Shown in pieces: positions 38,151-49,400 of a DNA stretch of 64,000 nucleotides. The stretch is from contig CM060732.1 in NCBI GenBank assembly GCA_030704615.1, forward strand, positions 32,674,001 through 32,738,000, written 5' to 3'. The stretch's first letter is position 1, and every line of letters starts with the position of its first letter. The translations under genes were made by a program, and so were the position numbers. The stretch is from Takakia lepidozioides. Lineage: Eukaryota > Plantae > Bryophyta. The notes under the pieces are model-generated. The model had not been told where the DNA came from and made no database searches. It saw only the letters and a program-made list of their open reading frames with translations.

Positions 38151-40334
38151 TCACCAGTACTCTCCACAAGAACAAACCCCGTCGTGGAAGTGGTGAAAGC
38201 GGTTTGCATCCCGTACAATAATTGCTCTCCCAACAATTTTTGAGATGAACTTGGTGGCCATGTGGCAGTCACCACACACCCGAAGATTCTTGATCACGCG
38301 AAGAGGAGTCCCAGGGGCCGTGCTGATCAGCCCAAAAGCAATGGCCAACTTCTCACTGTGTTGGCAAAGGGAAAACTTCTTTTGCTCCTCATCCACATCA
38401 TGCAATACAAAGCATGTGTCAGGCACATATCCTGCCTCCTTCATCTGTCCAGACAATTTCCTCAGCTCAGCATGGATTTCCTCAATTTGTGGATGTAACT
38501 TGTCATCTACCACGAATGTGTGCAACTGGCTGTCAACCTCAATGCAGCACCGACCTGCCTCCTTTCTGAAACCTGTGGCCTTCATCATTGTTCTCACCTT
38601 TGCAACATCGTCCCACCTGCCAGCTGCAGCATAGATGTTTGACAGCAACACATAAGTTGCAGCGTCCTGCCTATCAAATTTGAAAATAGATTTTGCTGCA
38701 CGTTCTGCAACCTCCACATTGCCGTGAATTCTGCAGGCACCCAGCAAGGTTTTCCACACCACAGCATCTGGCTTGATTGGCATTTTGTTAACGAAATCCT
38801 CTGCGTCATCCAACCGGCCAGCACGGCCAAGAAGGTCCACCATGCAGCTAAAGTGGTCCACTGTAGGAGTGAGGCCATGATCTTGGCTCAGTGAATTAAA
38901 GTAGTGTCTGCCTTCATCCACTAGACCCCCATGGCTACATGCGGCGAGAATACATTTAAAGGTGATATTGTTCGGCTTCAAGCCTTCCTTCAGCATTGCT
39001 TCAAACAGTTGCAGTGCTTCCATATGACGGCCATACTGGGCATATCCTGTAATCATTGCACTCCATGACACCACATCCCGTTCAGCCATGCTTTCGAACA
39101 CTCCCTTTGCATCCTCGATGCTCCCGCATTTGGCATACATGTCCACGAGTGTATTGGCCAGATTGATTTCTGGTACAATTCCAGCTTTCATGATGTCAGC
39201 ATGGACCTCTTTGCCTTTATCTAGGGCCGCCAAACTGGCACAAGCATTGCAAATGCCAACAAACGTGACCTGGTTAGGCTTCACCCCTTCCCACGTCATT
39301 TGCTCATAGGTTTCCAAGGCCTTCATCCCACACCCAAGCTGAGCATATCCTCCAATCATCGCACTCCAGGAGACCAGATCTCGTTCGGCCATATTGTCAA
39401 ACACTCCCTTTGCATCCTTCATGCTCCTGCATTTGGCATACATGTGCACAAGGGTTGTGTTCAAGATGATATTCGGCACAATTCCAGATTTCAAAATGTC
39501 AGCATGGACCTCCTTGCCCTTATCCAGGGCTGCCATCTTGGCACATGCATTGCAAATGGAAACAAATGTGACCTGGTCAGGTTGCACCCTTTCCTGCATC
39601 ATTTGTCCATAAGCCTCCAAAGCCTCCATCCCATACCCCTGTTGTGCATATCCCGCGATCATTGAACTCCATGACACCACATTTCGTTCAGTCATATTGG
39701 TGAACACTCTTTCTGCATCTTCTATGCTCCCGCATTTGCAGTACATGTCCACAAGGCTATTGTACAAGCTTACATTTGGCACAATTCGTGCTTTCTCAAT
39801 GTCAGCATGGACCTCTTTGCCCTTTTCCAGGTCTGCCCAGCTTGCACATGCCTTGAGAACGCAAATGAAGGTGACCTGGTTGGGTATCACCCCTTCCAGC
39901 ATCATTTGCTCATAGGTCTTGAAGGACTCCCTACAACATCCCTGCTTGGCATATCCTGCTATCATTATATTCCATGTTATCAAACCTCGTTCCGGCATTT
40001 TGTCAAACACTAGGCGTGCATCAACAATACTCCCACACTTGGCATGCATGTTGATGAGGGTGTTGGATAGAAAGATGTCTGCCTTGAATCCACTTTGGAT
40101 GATGTGCGCATGCACCTGCTTTCCTTCTGCTAAACGTTTCATCTTGATGCACTCCTGCAAGAGACAGACATAAGTTTTGGAGTCTACCGAAATACCTTCT
40201 TGGTTCAAAACCCTCAACGCCGCTTTCAATTGTCCTGCCTTACATAGTGTTGTCACATGACATCTTTCAAAAGAGGTCGTCATGCCCGACTCAAACAACT
40301 GTGCTGCTGCTGCTGCTTTCACATGACCATCCAC
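38151..40334 (-). CDS. PLS-class PPR protein with E/E+ and DYW deaminase domain (organellar C-to-U editing factor); 5' end uncertain
   Basis: Uninterrupted frame with four P-L-S-like triplets, E domains, HSEKLAIAFG, NLRVCGDCH and terminal CSCGEYW. The track start is GTG; the first in-frame ATG is 40283. Confidence 0.95.
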   Translation of the reverse strand: MDGHVKAAAAAQLFESGMTTSFERCHVTTLCKAGQLKAALRVLNQEGISVDSKTYVCLLQECIKMKRLAEGKQVHAHIIQSGFKADIFLSNTLINMHAKCGSIVDARLVFDKMPERGLITWNIMIAGYAKQGCCRESFKTYEQMMLEGVIPNQVTFICVLKACASWADLEKGKEVHADIEKARIVPNVSLYNSLVDMYCKCGSIEDAERVFTNMTERNVVSWSSMIAGYAQQGYGMEALEAYGQMMQERVQPDQVTFVSICNACAKMAALDKGKEVHADILKSGIVPNIILNTTLVHMYAKCRSMKDAKGVFDNMAERDLVSWSAMIGGYAQLGCGMKALETYEQMTWEGVKPNQVTFVGICNACASLAALDKGKEVHADIMKAGIVPEINLANTLVDMYAKCGSIEDAKGVFESMAERDVVSWSAMITGYAQYGRHMEALQLFEAMLKEGLKPNNITFKCILAACSHGGLVDEGRHYFNSLSQDHGLTPTVDHFSCMVDLLGRAGRLDDAEDFVNKMPIKPDAVVWKTLLGACRIHGNVEVAERAAKSIFKFDRQDAATYVLLSNIYAAAGRWDDVAKVRTMMKATGFRKEAGRCCIEVDSQLHTFVVDDKLHPQIEEIHAELRKLSGQMKEAGYVPDTCFVLHDVDEEQKKFSLCQHSEKLAIAFGLISTAPGTPLRVIKNLRVCGDCHMATKFISKIVGRAIIVRDANRFHHFHDGVCSCGEYW

Positions 40335-41749
40335 CCACCAAGGTTTCGAATATACTCCTGTGCTTGGAATCTGAAATCAGAATAAATCGTTCTGCCTCGA
40401 TCGTCCCATAATTTGACATGAGCTTGCAAATCCTTCCTTCCAAAGCCTCTTCTAATCTGAATTTTCAATTTTCGGATGTTCGGCAACTATCTGCATCCAG
40501 TTTTTCCACTTCACCATCCACCCACACAGCTTTCTTGTAGCTATCAATCCAGAGTCCTGGTTGTTCCTCTTGTGCTTGGTGAGGCACCCCAAGGTGCCAC
40601 GGGGACCTGTGGAGAATCCCACGTGTGCCATGCTTATTGTACTCGCTGCAATGGCTGGTCCTTCTCGAACGTTTGCAACCTCCCCTGTAGCCTTCCAATG
40701 TGGAAGCTTTGAAGCTGCTGTCCTGAGAGCAATCCAGGAGAAACATTGCGGACAAGGAAAACAAGGCCTACTCTTTATTGCAAGTTCTCTAGACTTGTGA
40801 GAACCACTCGGAGGAAACACATCGAAGTGATGGAACCCTGTACGACTTTATTTACAACATGTGGATTCAGGACTGAGCTACCGAAATGATCGTGCAAGAT
40901 GACACATGTACCATTGAAGAGAAAACTATCTGAAAATGAATCAAACAATCACTGACAGGAAAATGTCACAGGATGTGGTAGCAGATATTCACATCACGGC
41001 CCATTCTAAACCTTGACCCTCATGCTCGTCATTCGTCATGCTGCCGTGTCAAATCGCTTTGCCTCACCCTCCAACACAAGTCACATTTCTAAACAGAAAG
41101 AAGTGCTCGGATTCATCAACTTAAAACCCTAGAGGGTATGATCATGTAGTGGAGAGACAACTGGTTGGCCATAAAACAAGTCAAATGACATTTTTAGTGC
41201 TAGCTTTGCCAATGCTAAGCACGCACTAAAGGGGAAGAAACTCTGTTCAATGTGAGAGGGTGCCATGTTTATCGAGAAATCCGCCACTAGCTGAATGTTT
41301 TGGTAGCATTGGTCATGATAGGGGAATAGTTGAGTGCTTCACACCAAGATACAGGCAGATGACTGCCCACAACAGATTACAAAACATTTGCCTTGATCTG
41401 GGAGAGTCTCTGAAGGACAGCTGTGTCTAATGCTCTCGATAAACAAAATTACTCATCTCATCACTAGTCTTTGCGACACTAAGAATGGGCCTCCACCTCT
41501 TGCATGAAGTGCACAGTAGCAACACAAATGTAATTGTGCCGGTATGCCAATGAATACACTTGGGGATACACTTGGGGATACAGCCACTGACATCCCTTTG
41601 CATGCCTTTCCAATACTAGTTCTCATAAATCTGTAGACAATCTTTTTGAGGCCCAAGTGACTCACATAGAAATCACAATGATAGTTAGTCAAGAGATCAG
41701 GGACATGCCTTCATGCACTTCACAGTAATGAGCATGGTAACGAGAGAAC

Positions 41750-43000
41750 AATGGCTAAAGTGGAGCCCAACCTCGATCTTGCCCAGTCAATGCTAATTTA
41801 GTCCCTAGAAGTCATAACAGCACATACATCTGTGGTAAGCATCTCCTTCCAGATTCTCTCCTAGAGTCTGATTTGGTCAATACTCACATCAATTTCATTC
41901 TAGAGTTTAGAGTTTTCTAAAGAAAATTCCTCCATCTAGGTTCCTTCACCTTCTCACTTGAAAAATTACATGGTGCTCTCAAGATGCTGATGCTTCTTAG
42001 AGCTTTCCATGTGTGTGGATGATAGTATGGACCATTGGATTTCAGGTCTGAGTGGGATCTTCCAACACTCACACCACACCAAATACACTGACAAGACCTT
42101 GCATGTGAAATACTGAATCTGATCATTTCTTTTTCACAAACATTGCGACTTAAGATATGTAACATCTTACTTGATTACGTGTTTGATGGGTAATGCAGGC
42201 TCCAGTGTGGATACCATAGATGATGCCACTAATAAGAAGCACCCAGTAGAGCGGCAGCGGAAGTAAGATTACAATCTTTCTCCCCCATAGTTTCTGTCAA
42301 TCAAAAATCTTCGACAAACTTCCAGACTCTTGTTGGACAAACTCCTTATTCCCGGAAATGTGTGTATTCTTCAGTCTCCTCCACAACTTCACACTAGTGT
42401 TTCTACTGTTGTTGTCTGGTGATGTTGTCTTATCCAGCCGTGCATTTGCAATCTTCTGGTTGTCTTTCCTTATTCTACTTCACACAGGCCCTTCAGACCT
42501 TGAGTAGGACATTATAATTTCCTTGCTTCCTTCTTCTTTGTGCTTATCCTTGGTCACTCAGTTGTAATCATCAGTGTTGATACAAAGGATGGCTACTAGA
42601 AGAGGATTGTGGTGAATGCAGGATGGCAGAGGCTAAGGGGAGGGGTTCCCCACTAGCAGCAATGCCCGCTGATTTGCAAGCTGCTGTGAAGAGATGCGAG
42701 GCATTGGAAAAGGAAGTGCGGTCCCTGAAGCTCAACCTATCCTTCATCACATGACACCCAGTTGGGTGATTTTGGGGGCCAAGTTAGTCAATGATTTATA
42801 GCTTGAACAACCATTAGCTGTTTAGATAAGGAGTTGGCAAAGCAACTTTGGTTGGAAGGGTGAAGACACAAAAAGACTGACAGGCTTATTGGGCTGCAGG
42901 AAGGATTCAGAGCAGACAAAGCGGATAGAAGAATTAGGGGAGCAGAATGAGGGTCTAGAGGAGCTTGAGCAGATCAGGCCTGGAGGCACTCCTTGAGCTA
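41750..43000 (+). pseudogene. Degraded small coiled-coil protein gene, about 4 exon remnants
   Basis: Exon-like pieces with splice signals: ...STYIC|gtaag (about 41833), cag|GSSVDTIDDATNKKHPVERQRK|gtaag (about 42199-42262), RGSPLAAMPADLQAAVKRCEALEKEVRSLKLNLSFIT* (42640-42754), cag|KDSEQTKRIEELGEQNEGLEE (42900-42963). Stops, frameshifts and a lost donor; family not named. Confidence 0.45.
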
Positions 43001-44026
43001 GAAAACTTCCCGCACGTGGTTATAAGTCTCCTACTTTGATTCCATTTTAATGGAATTTGTTGCATAACTGTTGCATCAAGCTTGCTGCTAAGTCTTGTTG
43101 TGGGTAATCACCAGTATGTCGAAAATTTCTTGTGAGTATGATGCTCATCATGTTTTAGTCAGAAAAGTAAATAGAAGATCAAGGCTTGCATTTAGTAAGC
43201 AGGGTGTTGGGTATGGAACTGTAAGCTGTGGCAACAAAATGTACATATAGCATTTTTGGGACATCAAGGTCATTTGTTGAGTACACTGGGATAGGATTTG
43301 CTTGTCAGCAGATCTTTCATGTTGGTGGTTATGGCACATCAACTACATAATTAGGAATGTGTGATCACTTCTGTTGAACGAGGAAGATTGCTGAGTCTCT
43401 TTCATGTGTGACATGTAAATCCTCGACACGAGCATTTGTTAAACCTAAGACTACTAAGAGCTGCACCATTGTCAACTCCGTCATACAAGTCCAAGCCTGT
43501 TGAGCAATGTTCATCGCAACATGCCCTTCTTCTAGACATGATTGAGGAAAGGAAAGACGAGGAACTTTACACCGTACATGAGAAGGGAATCAATATCACA
43601 CAGCTGAGTACACATGACCAATGCACATACCTGGCTATACAAGATTCAAGGTCTGTCTTTGCTGGAACAAACTGGACAGGAAAGGTTCTCCTCCAGAGTA
43701 GAGGGCATGTTGTAAACAACAGTTCACCAATAGAGGGTGGCATCTGTACCACAATCTGGACAACACAAGCATCACAACACCACAACTCCTGGTAGACATA
43801 CACAAAATAGGAACTTATGTATGAGCTTGAGCAGAACTCTAGTATGGTACACAATAAACTTTTGCCAAATTTTAGGCTTGAGAATGAGATGAAGGGTTGG
43901 AAAAGTAGGTTAAACCTAAATACCACAGTTCCTGCCTCCTAATCTAAGCTGTCAGAGCTCAAACTCTCGTCTAGTTCCATGGAAGTACTAAGGGATTACC
44001 GATTCACTGTGACAGGCAAGCATGGA

Positions 44027-44946
44027 TTAGGAATGCAACCACACTCGGTCCCGAAGTCGCTGAGGACCACCATAAAATTCATCCACCTTTTCCCCATCGC
44101 GGTAGAAGCGAAATGTAGGCGTGTACCGAACGTCCTGTTTTGTTTCTGCACACTTGTCAACGTCAGCATAGATGAAGAGGCACCCTGCATAGTCGTTGCT
44201 CAGGTTGCAAAAGGTCGGCAGCATTTGCCTGCACGCTTGGCACCTGCAACCCTCGTACCAATGAAATCAACTGCAATATACATACATACCTCTAAGCGTA
44301 CTAACAGGCCAGCCACATCCACCTTGGCAAAACACCCAATGGGAGAAAGCAAGATTGACAATGGGTATCTCACTTGTCCCTGAAAGGAAGGGACAGAATC
44401 ATGTGCCACGATAGCAGGAGGGGCCCCAAACGAGGACACATCTCTCGAGTTGAGGCAGGGATTACCACGGGGCTCCATAGTTCACCGCTGCCTGCACAAT
44501 CCCAACAGCCACAACCGTTTGAGAAATTTGCACTTTTGTTTGTTATCCTCCTCAGAATTTCCTGTCAGACGCCACTGCGCAGCTAGGAGCTAATTGCACA
44601 GGAACCCTAGATTTCGACAATTCGCGAACCTCCAATCCGTGTTTGGCAGAAGCACGCGACGCGATCATGTATTTACGGACCCAACTTCATCATCCAGCAA
44701 CGGAGCCAGGCCATGGAATTGCGAGGTAGGTAGATGGGGAAATCTTGACATGGGATATGAGCAACTCACAGGACGCTTGGAAAACTTGGCTTCATGGAGC
44801 AGATTGGTGAGCTCGTCGTCATTATGAGCGCTTGCAAGGTTTCCATGAAAATTGACAGGCAGCGAAGCATCGTCCAGACCCCTGTACACACCAGCCCCCG
44901 CACCTGCACCCATATTACTGCTTCCTCCCTCGCTTGCTTGCGCCAT
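44027..44946 (-). CDS. Thioredoxin-like 3-3 type protein; 3 exons; active site WCQAC
   Basis: Exons 44946-44770, 44491-44466 (26 nt, AAVNYGAP) and 44243-44027; splicing rebuilds W-C-Q-A-C. Also FIYADVDKCAETKQDVRYTPTFRFYRDGEKVDE and RLRDRVWLHS. Confidence 0.9.
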
Positions 44947-45269
44947 TCTCACCGCATTTTGCTCGATTTCATGTGGTTTATCTTCTTGAGCAGAAGATTC
45001 CGTAGGGACAAATATGGTTCACATCCATGGTTCCCTTTTTCGTTCCACCCAATTATAATCACCATGCAGAGAAAAAGTAGCACTGATGGCCACCTTGTCT
45101 ACGTGATGGTGATAGACGACATTCACGTGTCGGATTGTTGCATTGGTGGATCCCGCTTAGGGATATTCATGAGGCAGTTTTTGGTATCCTTGGAGGAAAT
45201 CCCATTGCCGCAGATCGAAAGCAATGGTGCCTGACACATTAATGTTGTCTATCACCAGTACGTAGATGA

Positions 45270-46030
45270 GGTAACCCCAGTGATACTATTTTGGGCAGCA
45301 ACAAGAATTTGCATTTGTTGGAGCTCTGGTGGTATGATCACAATGAGGCTATTGGAGTAAACCCAGAGATACTTCAGCTTTGGAGGATTTTGATCAGCAT
45401 CCAGTTCCAACAGGTCTGTGCAGTTTGCTAAGGGAGTTGGAATGGGAGTTGTTGGCAGGGTATTCCAACCTCTTTTAAATTTCCTAGCTCGCTCACAGTA
45501 TGATCCCAGTGAGGCTATTGTTGGCGACCGAAAGAGGTGATAGCTGCTGTACTAGCATCCCTAGTTCCAGGAGTATGATCCCAGTGAGCTTGTTGTTCAC
45601 GACTGCAATAACCTCTACTTGCTGGAGCATCACTAGTTCCTTTGGTATGACACCAGTTGCCTGATTGTACTAAGATGCAGTTCCAATAGGGCCTTATATG
45701 TTTTTATATGTTATATGCCTGCATTCAGGGAGTTTTCACATAGGAAGAGGAACTGCAACCTCTCTTGTTTCCTGGCTCTGCTGGTATTGTTCCCATAAGT
45801 TGGTTGTACCCCAGGTGCAGCTGTTGAAGATCTGCTAGAGATGTTGGATGTACTCAACTGTGACACTCTTGTTCCAGGTGCATCAACACCTTCACATTCC
45901 GTAAATTGAACTGGTTGCCAAGTCAAGCATTCCTCCTCAACAAACTGGAGCCTTTCAAGCTTCTTTCTCTCATGTGTTCTGAAGCTTTGAACAGCACCAA
46001 CAAACCCAGCACTCCTCAACTCAAGACAAT
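45270..46030 (-). pseudogene. Decayed extracellular LRR (RLK/RLP-type) fragment
   Basis: Across frameshifts: QLHLGYNQLMGTIPAEPG, LQFLFLCENSL, YNQATGVIPKELVMLQQVEVIAVVNNKLTGIILLELGML, LSVANNSLTGII, fitting LxxLxLxxNxLxGxIPxxLG. Confidence 0.75.
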
Positions 46031-46448
46031 GGCCGGTAACGGGGGGTGGGGAGAATTTGACAGGGGGTAGGGAGAATTTAACAAAGGGGCCCACGCGGGT
46101 CACAACAAACTTTCTCCCCACGAAATTATGGTCAAATCCCCCGCGTGCATTAAGTTTTTTTTTTTTTTTTTTTTTTTTTTGCATTAAGTGCCTACAAATC
46201 ATTCCAATTGTTTTTGCGAAAAATAATATTCTGAAAATAAAAAACTGCTGACGATAACGTATGGTAATACTACACACGTGGACTGATCCTAGTCCTCGAA
46301 CAGCTGGACTGTTACGGATTTCATTTGACCTAAAAAGCAGTGAAGCAGGGACGAGAGAGAGAAGAGAGAGTGTGTGTGTCTGAGAAACGAGAGTGCGGGA
46401 AGCAGCCATAGATCCATCGATAGATTGATAGATCGATAGACAGCAGGC

Positions 46449-49400
46449 ATGACTGTGATGATGGACAAAGATGTGGGGCTGCCTGACTCCGTGTCGGGCT
46501 ATGCTCGAGGAGGATGGACGCAGCCTGGATCGACAACCAAGGAATCGGAGGGGCTGCTTGTGCACAACAGTCTTAGTTTTAAAAAAGTGCCATTTGTCAC
46601 TAGGGACGGATCGCATCACGGTGTGTTCTGGCATAGATCTGTTTGGGAATTTTTAGTCATGCAAAGCTGAACGTTTTTTTTCAGTTTTCTTTTGTTTCTG
46701 CCCCTGGTCTCTGAAGAGTGGTGTGTTGCTGTGTGTGTGGCAGTGACCTGGTATATCTGCGGGCCGACTGTTTACGATTCTTCGCATGTGGGGCATGCAA
46801 GGAACTATGTGACTTTTGATATAATTCGGCGCATCCTTGAGGTATGCTAGCAACGCTGTATTCTTGCAGGCAAGAAACCGGAGAGTTGTTCTTTTATGAA
46901 CTCTTCCATCAGAAGATGTAGATGCTAATTTCGATTCCTCCTTGCATTTAGGTTCCATGGGTCTTTTCTGCTAGTATCAGTTCTCCGGTGCCCTAAGTTT
47001 TCTCGGGTCCTAAATATGCCTCCTCCCTTTGCATGGGGGCACTCCATAGTTTAGGCTGTAGTTGATAATAAGCTGCATGATGACAGGAATACTTTGGATA
47101 CGAAGTGTTTTATGTGATGAATGTGACGGATGTCGACGACAAAATTATCAGGCGCGCCCGGCTTAACCATCTACTTGACGAGTACTATAAATCAGCAGTG
47201 CACGCCACGAAGGTATTCTCTGACGCTCGCGTGTATTTCTGGCTGGGTTAGGCCTATCACGATTCTTCCTCTGTTTGGGCTTCTGTGGGTGTGGATGTGC
47301 AACACTGCAAACAATTCACGGGGGATTGGTGCAGGTGGCGAAGGATTTGGAAGCTGCATTTCAGGAGGAGATTCAGAAACAACAGAAGCAGGTAAATGAT
47401 ACTCTATGAGGAAGGGAGGATAGTTCTTCAGTAGAAAGCTGCTTGGGACTTGCTACGGTTTGTGGTGGGGTGTTAGCTCTCCCTTCTTGCAACTCCTCTC
47501 TTGCAGCTCACTGAGGCAAGGATTGGCTTCCTAAGGGGAGGGTGTAAGTTGTAGTGAGTGGTGGAATTCAAAACTGAGTCCCAAGAGGGGTTTTACTGAG
47601 AGGCTGGAGACAAAGGAGGGTGGATTGGGATGCTCGGGTTGTTAGAGCGACCTACCTCACTTAGTGCCTCTTACTCATCCCCCTAGTGGTGAGCGGTTCC
47701 TCTTTTCGCTTGTCAATTGATGGTTTTTAGCCTCATGGCCTGCACATTCAGGCTTCTCAAGTACAACATAAGTGGTTGGACACAGTCATTTTGTGGCCTC
47801 AGTAAACTTTTTAATTCATTTTGAGAGCTTGTAGATGAATTGGATTTGGTAACCCAATGTTGCAAAGGCAAGGTTTGAAGTTCTTTTATAAATTGCGGCA
47901 GTACATCGTTGCAAATGGATTGCTTCAAGCAGTGGTTGCATGATAAGGATACATTTTTCTGGATGCAGGTGCTGGACAAGCAGGAGGAGCTTGCTAATAC
48001 AAGCTCAGCAAGGCAAAGGGACGAATTGACAGAAGTGAGGGGCAAATCTCTTGTTCCTGTTTGTCCCTATTACAATTAGAGAACCTCTGCAACTCACTTC
48101 TTCTCTGTGTCCATGGATACCTGCATTTTGTCATGAAGTGTACAGAGACATTGTCTGAACATCTGGACTAACATTTGAGATCAAAGATTCTACATCTGCC
48201 TAGCTTACTAGGTGTAAGTGTTATGATGGTGACTTTTGCTCAGCTAGTGACTACATAAAATCTTATCTGCAGTCGAAGGAGATGTACTGTCAAAGTTCCA
48301 ATGAGATCAATATTACAGTCCACAAAGTTCCTACAAACAAAACCCTTACAGTGACATTGTACCAAACATGTGGAAAGTCTTTCTGCTGGTTGCTCTTTAA
48401 GAGAAGGATTTCAGTTTCTGGATTATGCACGTTGAGTGAGAGGAGTTGGCGGTAATGGCAGAAAGTGAAGCAAGAGCAGCTGAAGCTGGATAAGCTGAAG
48501 GAGGCAAGACTGGTGACAGAAGAGAGTGTGACCACCGCAGTGAGTCTAGGAGGCAAAGAGGGGGTGGACTTGTTGTTGGCAGGCGCTGCTTCTGACATAT
48601 TGGCGTCTTATTTGGATGAGAAGGGACGCGGGACGGTCACAGACCATGCAATTTACCGGGCTCATGCCGCAAAGTACAGCGTCCATACCGTAGATGGATC
48701 AGGGTTGATGATTTATGGATGTGCCATGTTGGCTCCTTCTTTGTTGCTGTCACAGCAATGTACAAGCCTTGGTTGAATCTTTTATTTGATTCTGTTGGGC
48801 TTCACTATACCATACCAGCCCTTATGTTTGCGGATGACTTCGCAGGCATAGGGGAGACTCCAACCAATCTCCAGGAGTTGCGAAGAGATACTTTGATCTT
48901 TGGGGGCTAGAGGCTAATGTCAGCAAATGTGCAGTGGTAGCATTCAACGACAGAGGAGAGGCAGGAAGTGATCTTAAGTGGCAGTGGGGTAGCCAAGAGA
49001 TCCCGGTCCTCCCTTCCTACACTTACCTGGGCGTTGAGTTTCCCTCCAATTGTAATTGGGATGCACATATCCGGAAAGTTGTTCAAACTGGCAAGGGCAA
49101 AGCTCTGGGGCTCACTAAATTTTTCCACTGCAGAGGGGTCAACTCTGAGGTTAAGAAAACCATGCTTTGTCGCGTTATTAGACCTGCCTTGGAGTACGGA
49201 TCTGCAATATGGGTTGATAACTCCAACCAGGCTAAGTCTCTAGAATCCATTCAAGTGGGGGTGCTTAAGGAGTGTATGTCAGCATGCTCCAAAACAGCCA
49301 ATGTGGCTGTTCGGGGTGAGTTTGGCATTCTGTCCTTAAGCTCCCAACGAGATGAATTCAAGGTCAGATGGTGGGGTCAGCTGCAACATATGCCCAACAC

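Noticed and set aside
45711-46634. 307-aa minus-strand ORF
   Set aside because: Chance read-through of antisense CysRS exon 1, a homopolymer-containing repeat and out-of-frame LRR remnants.
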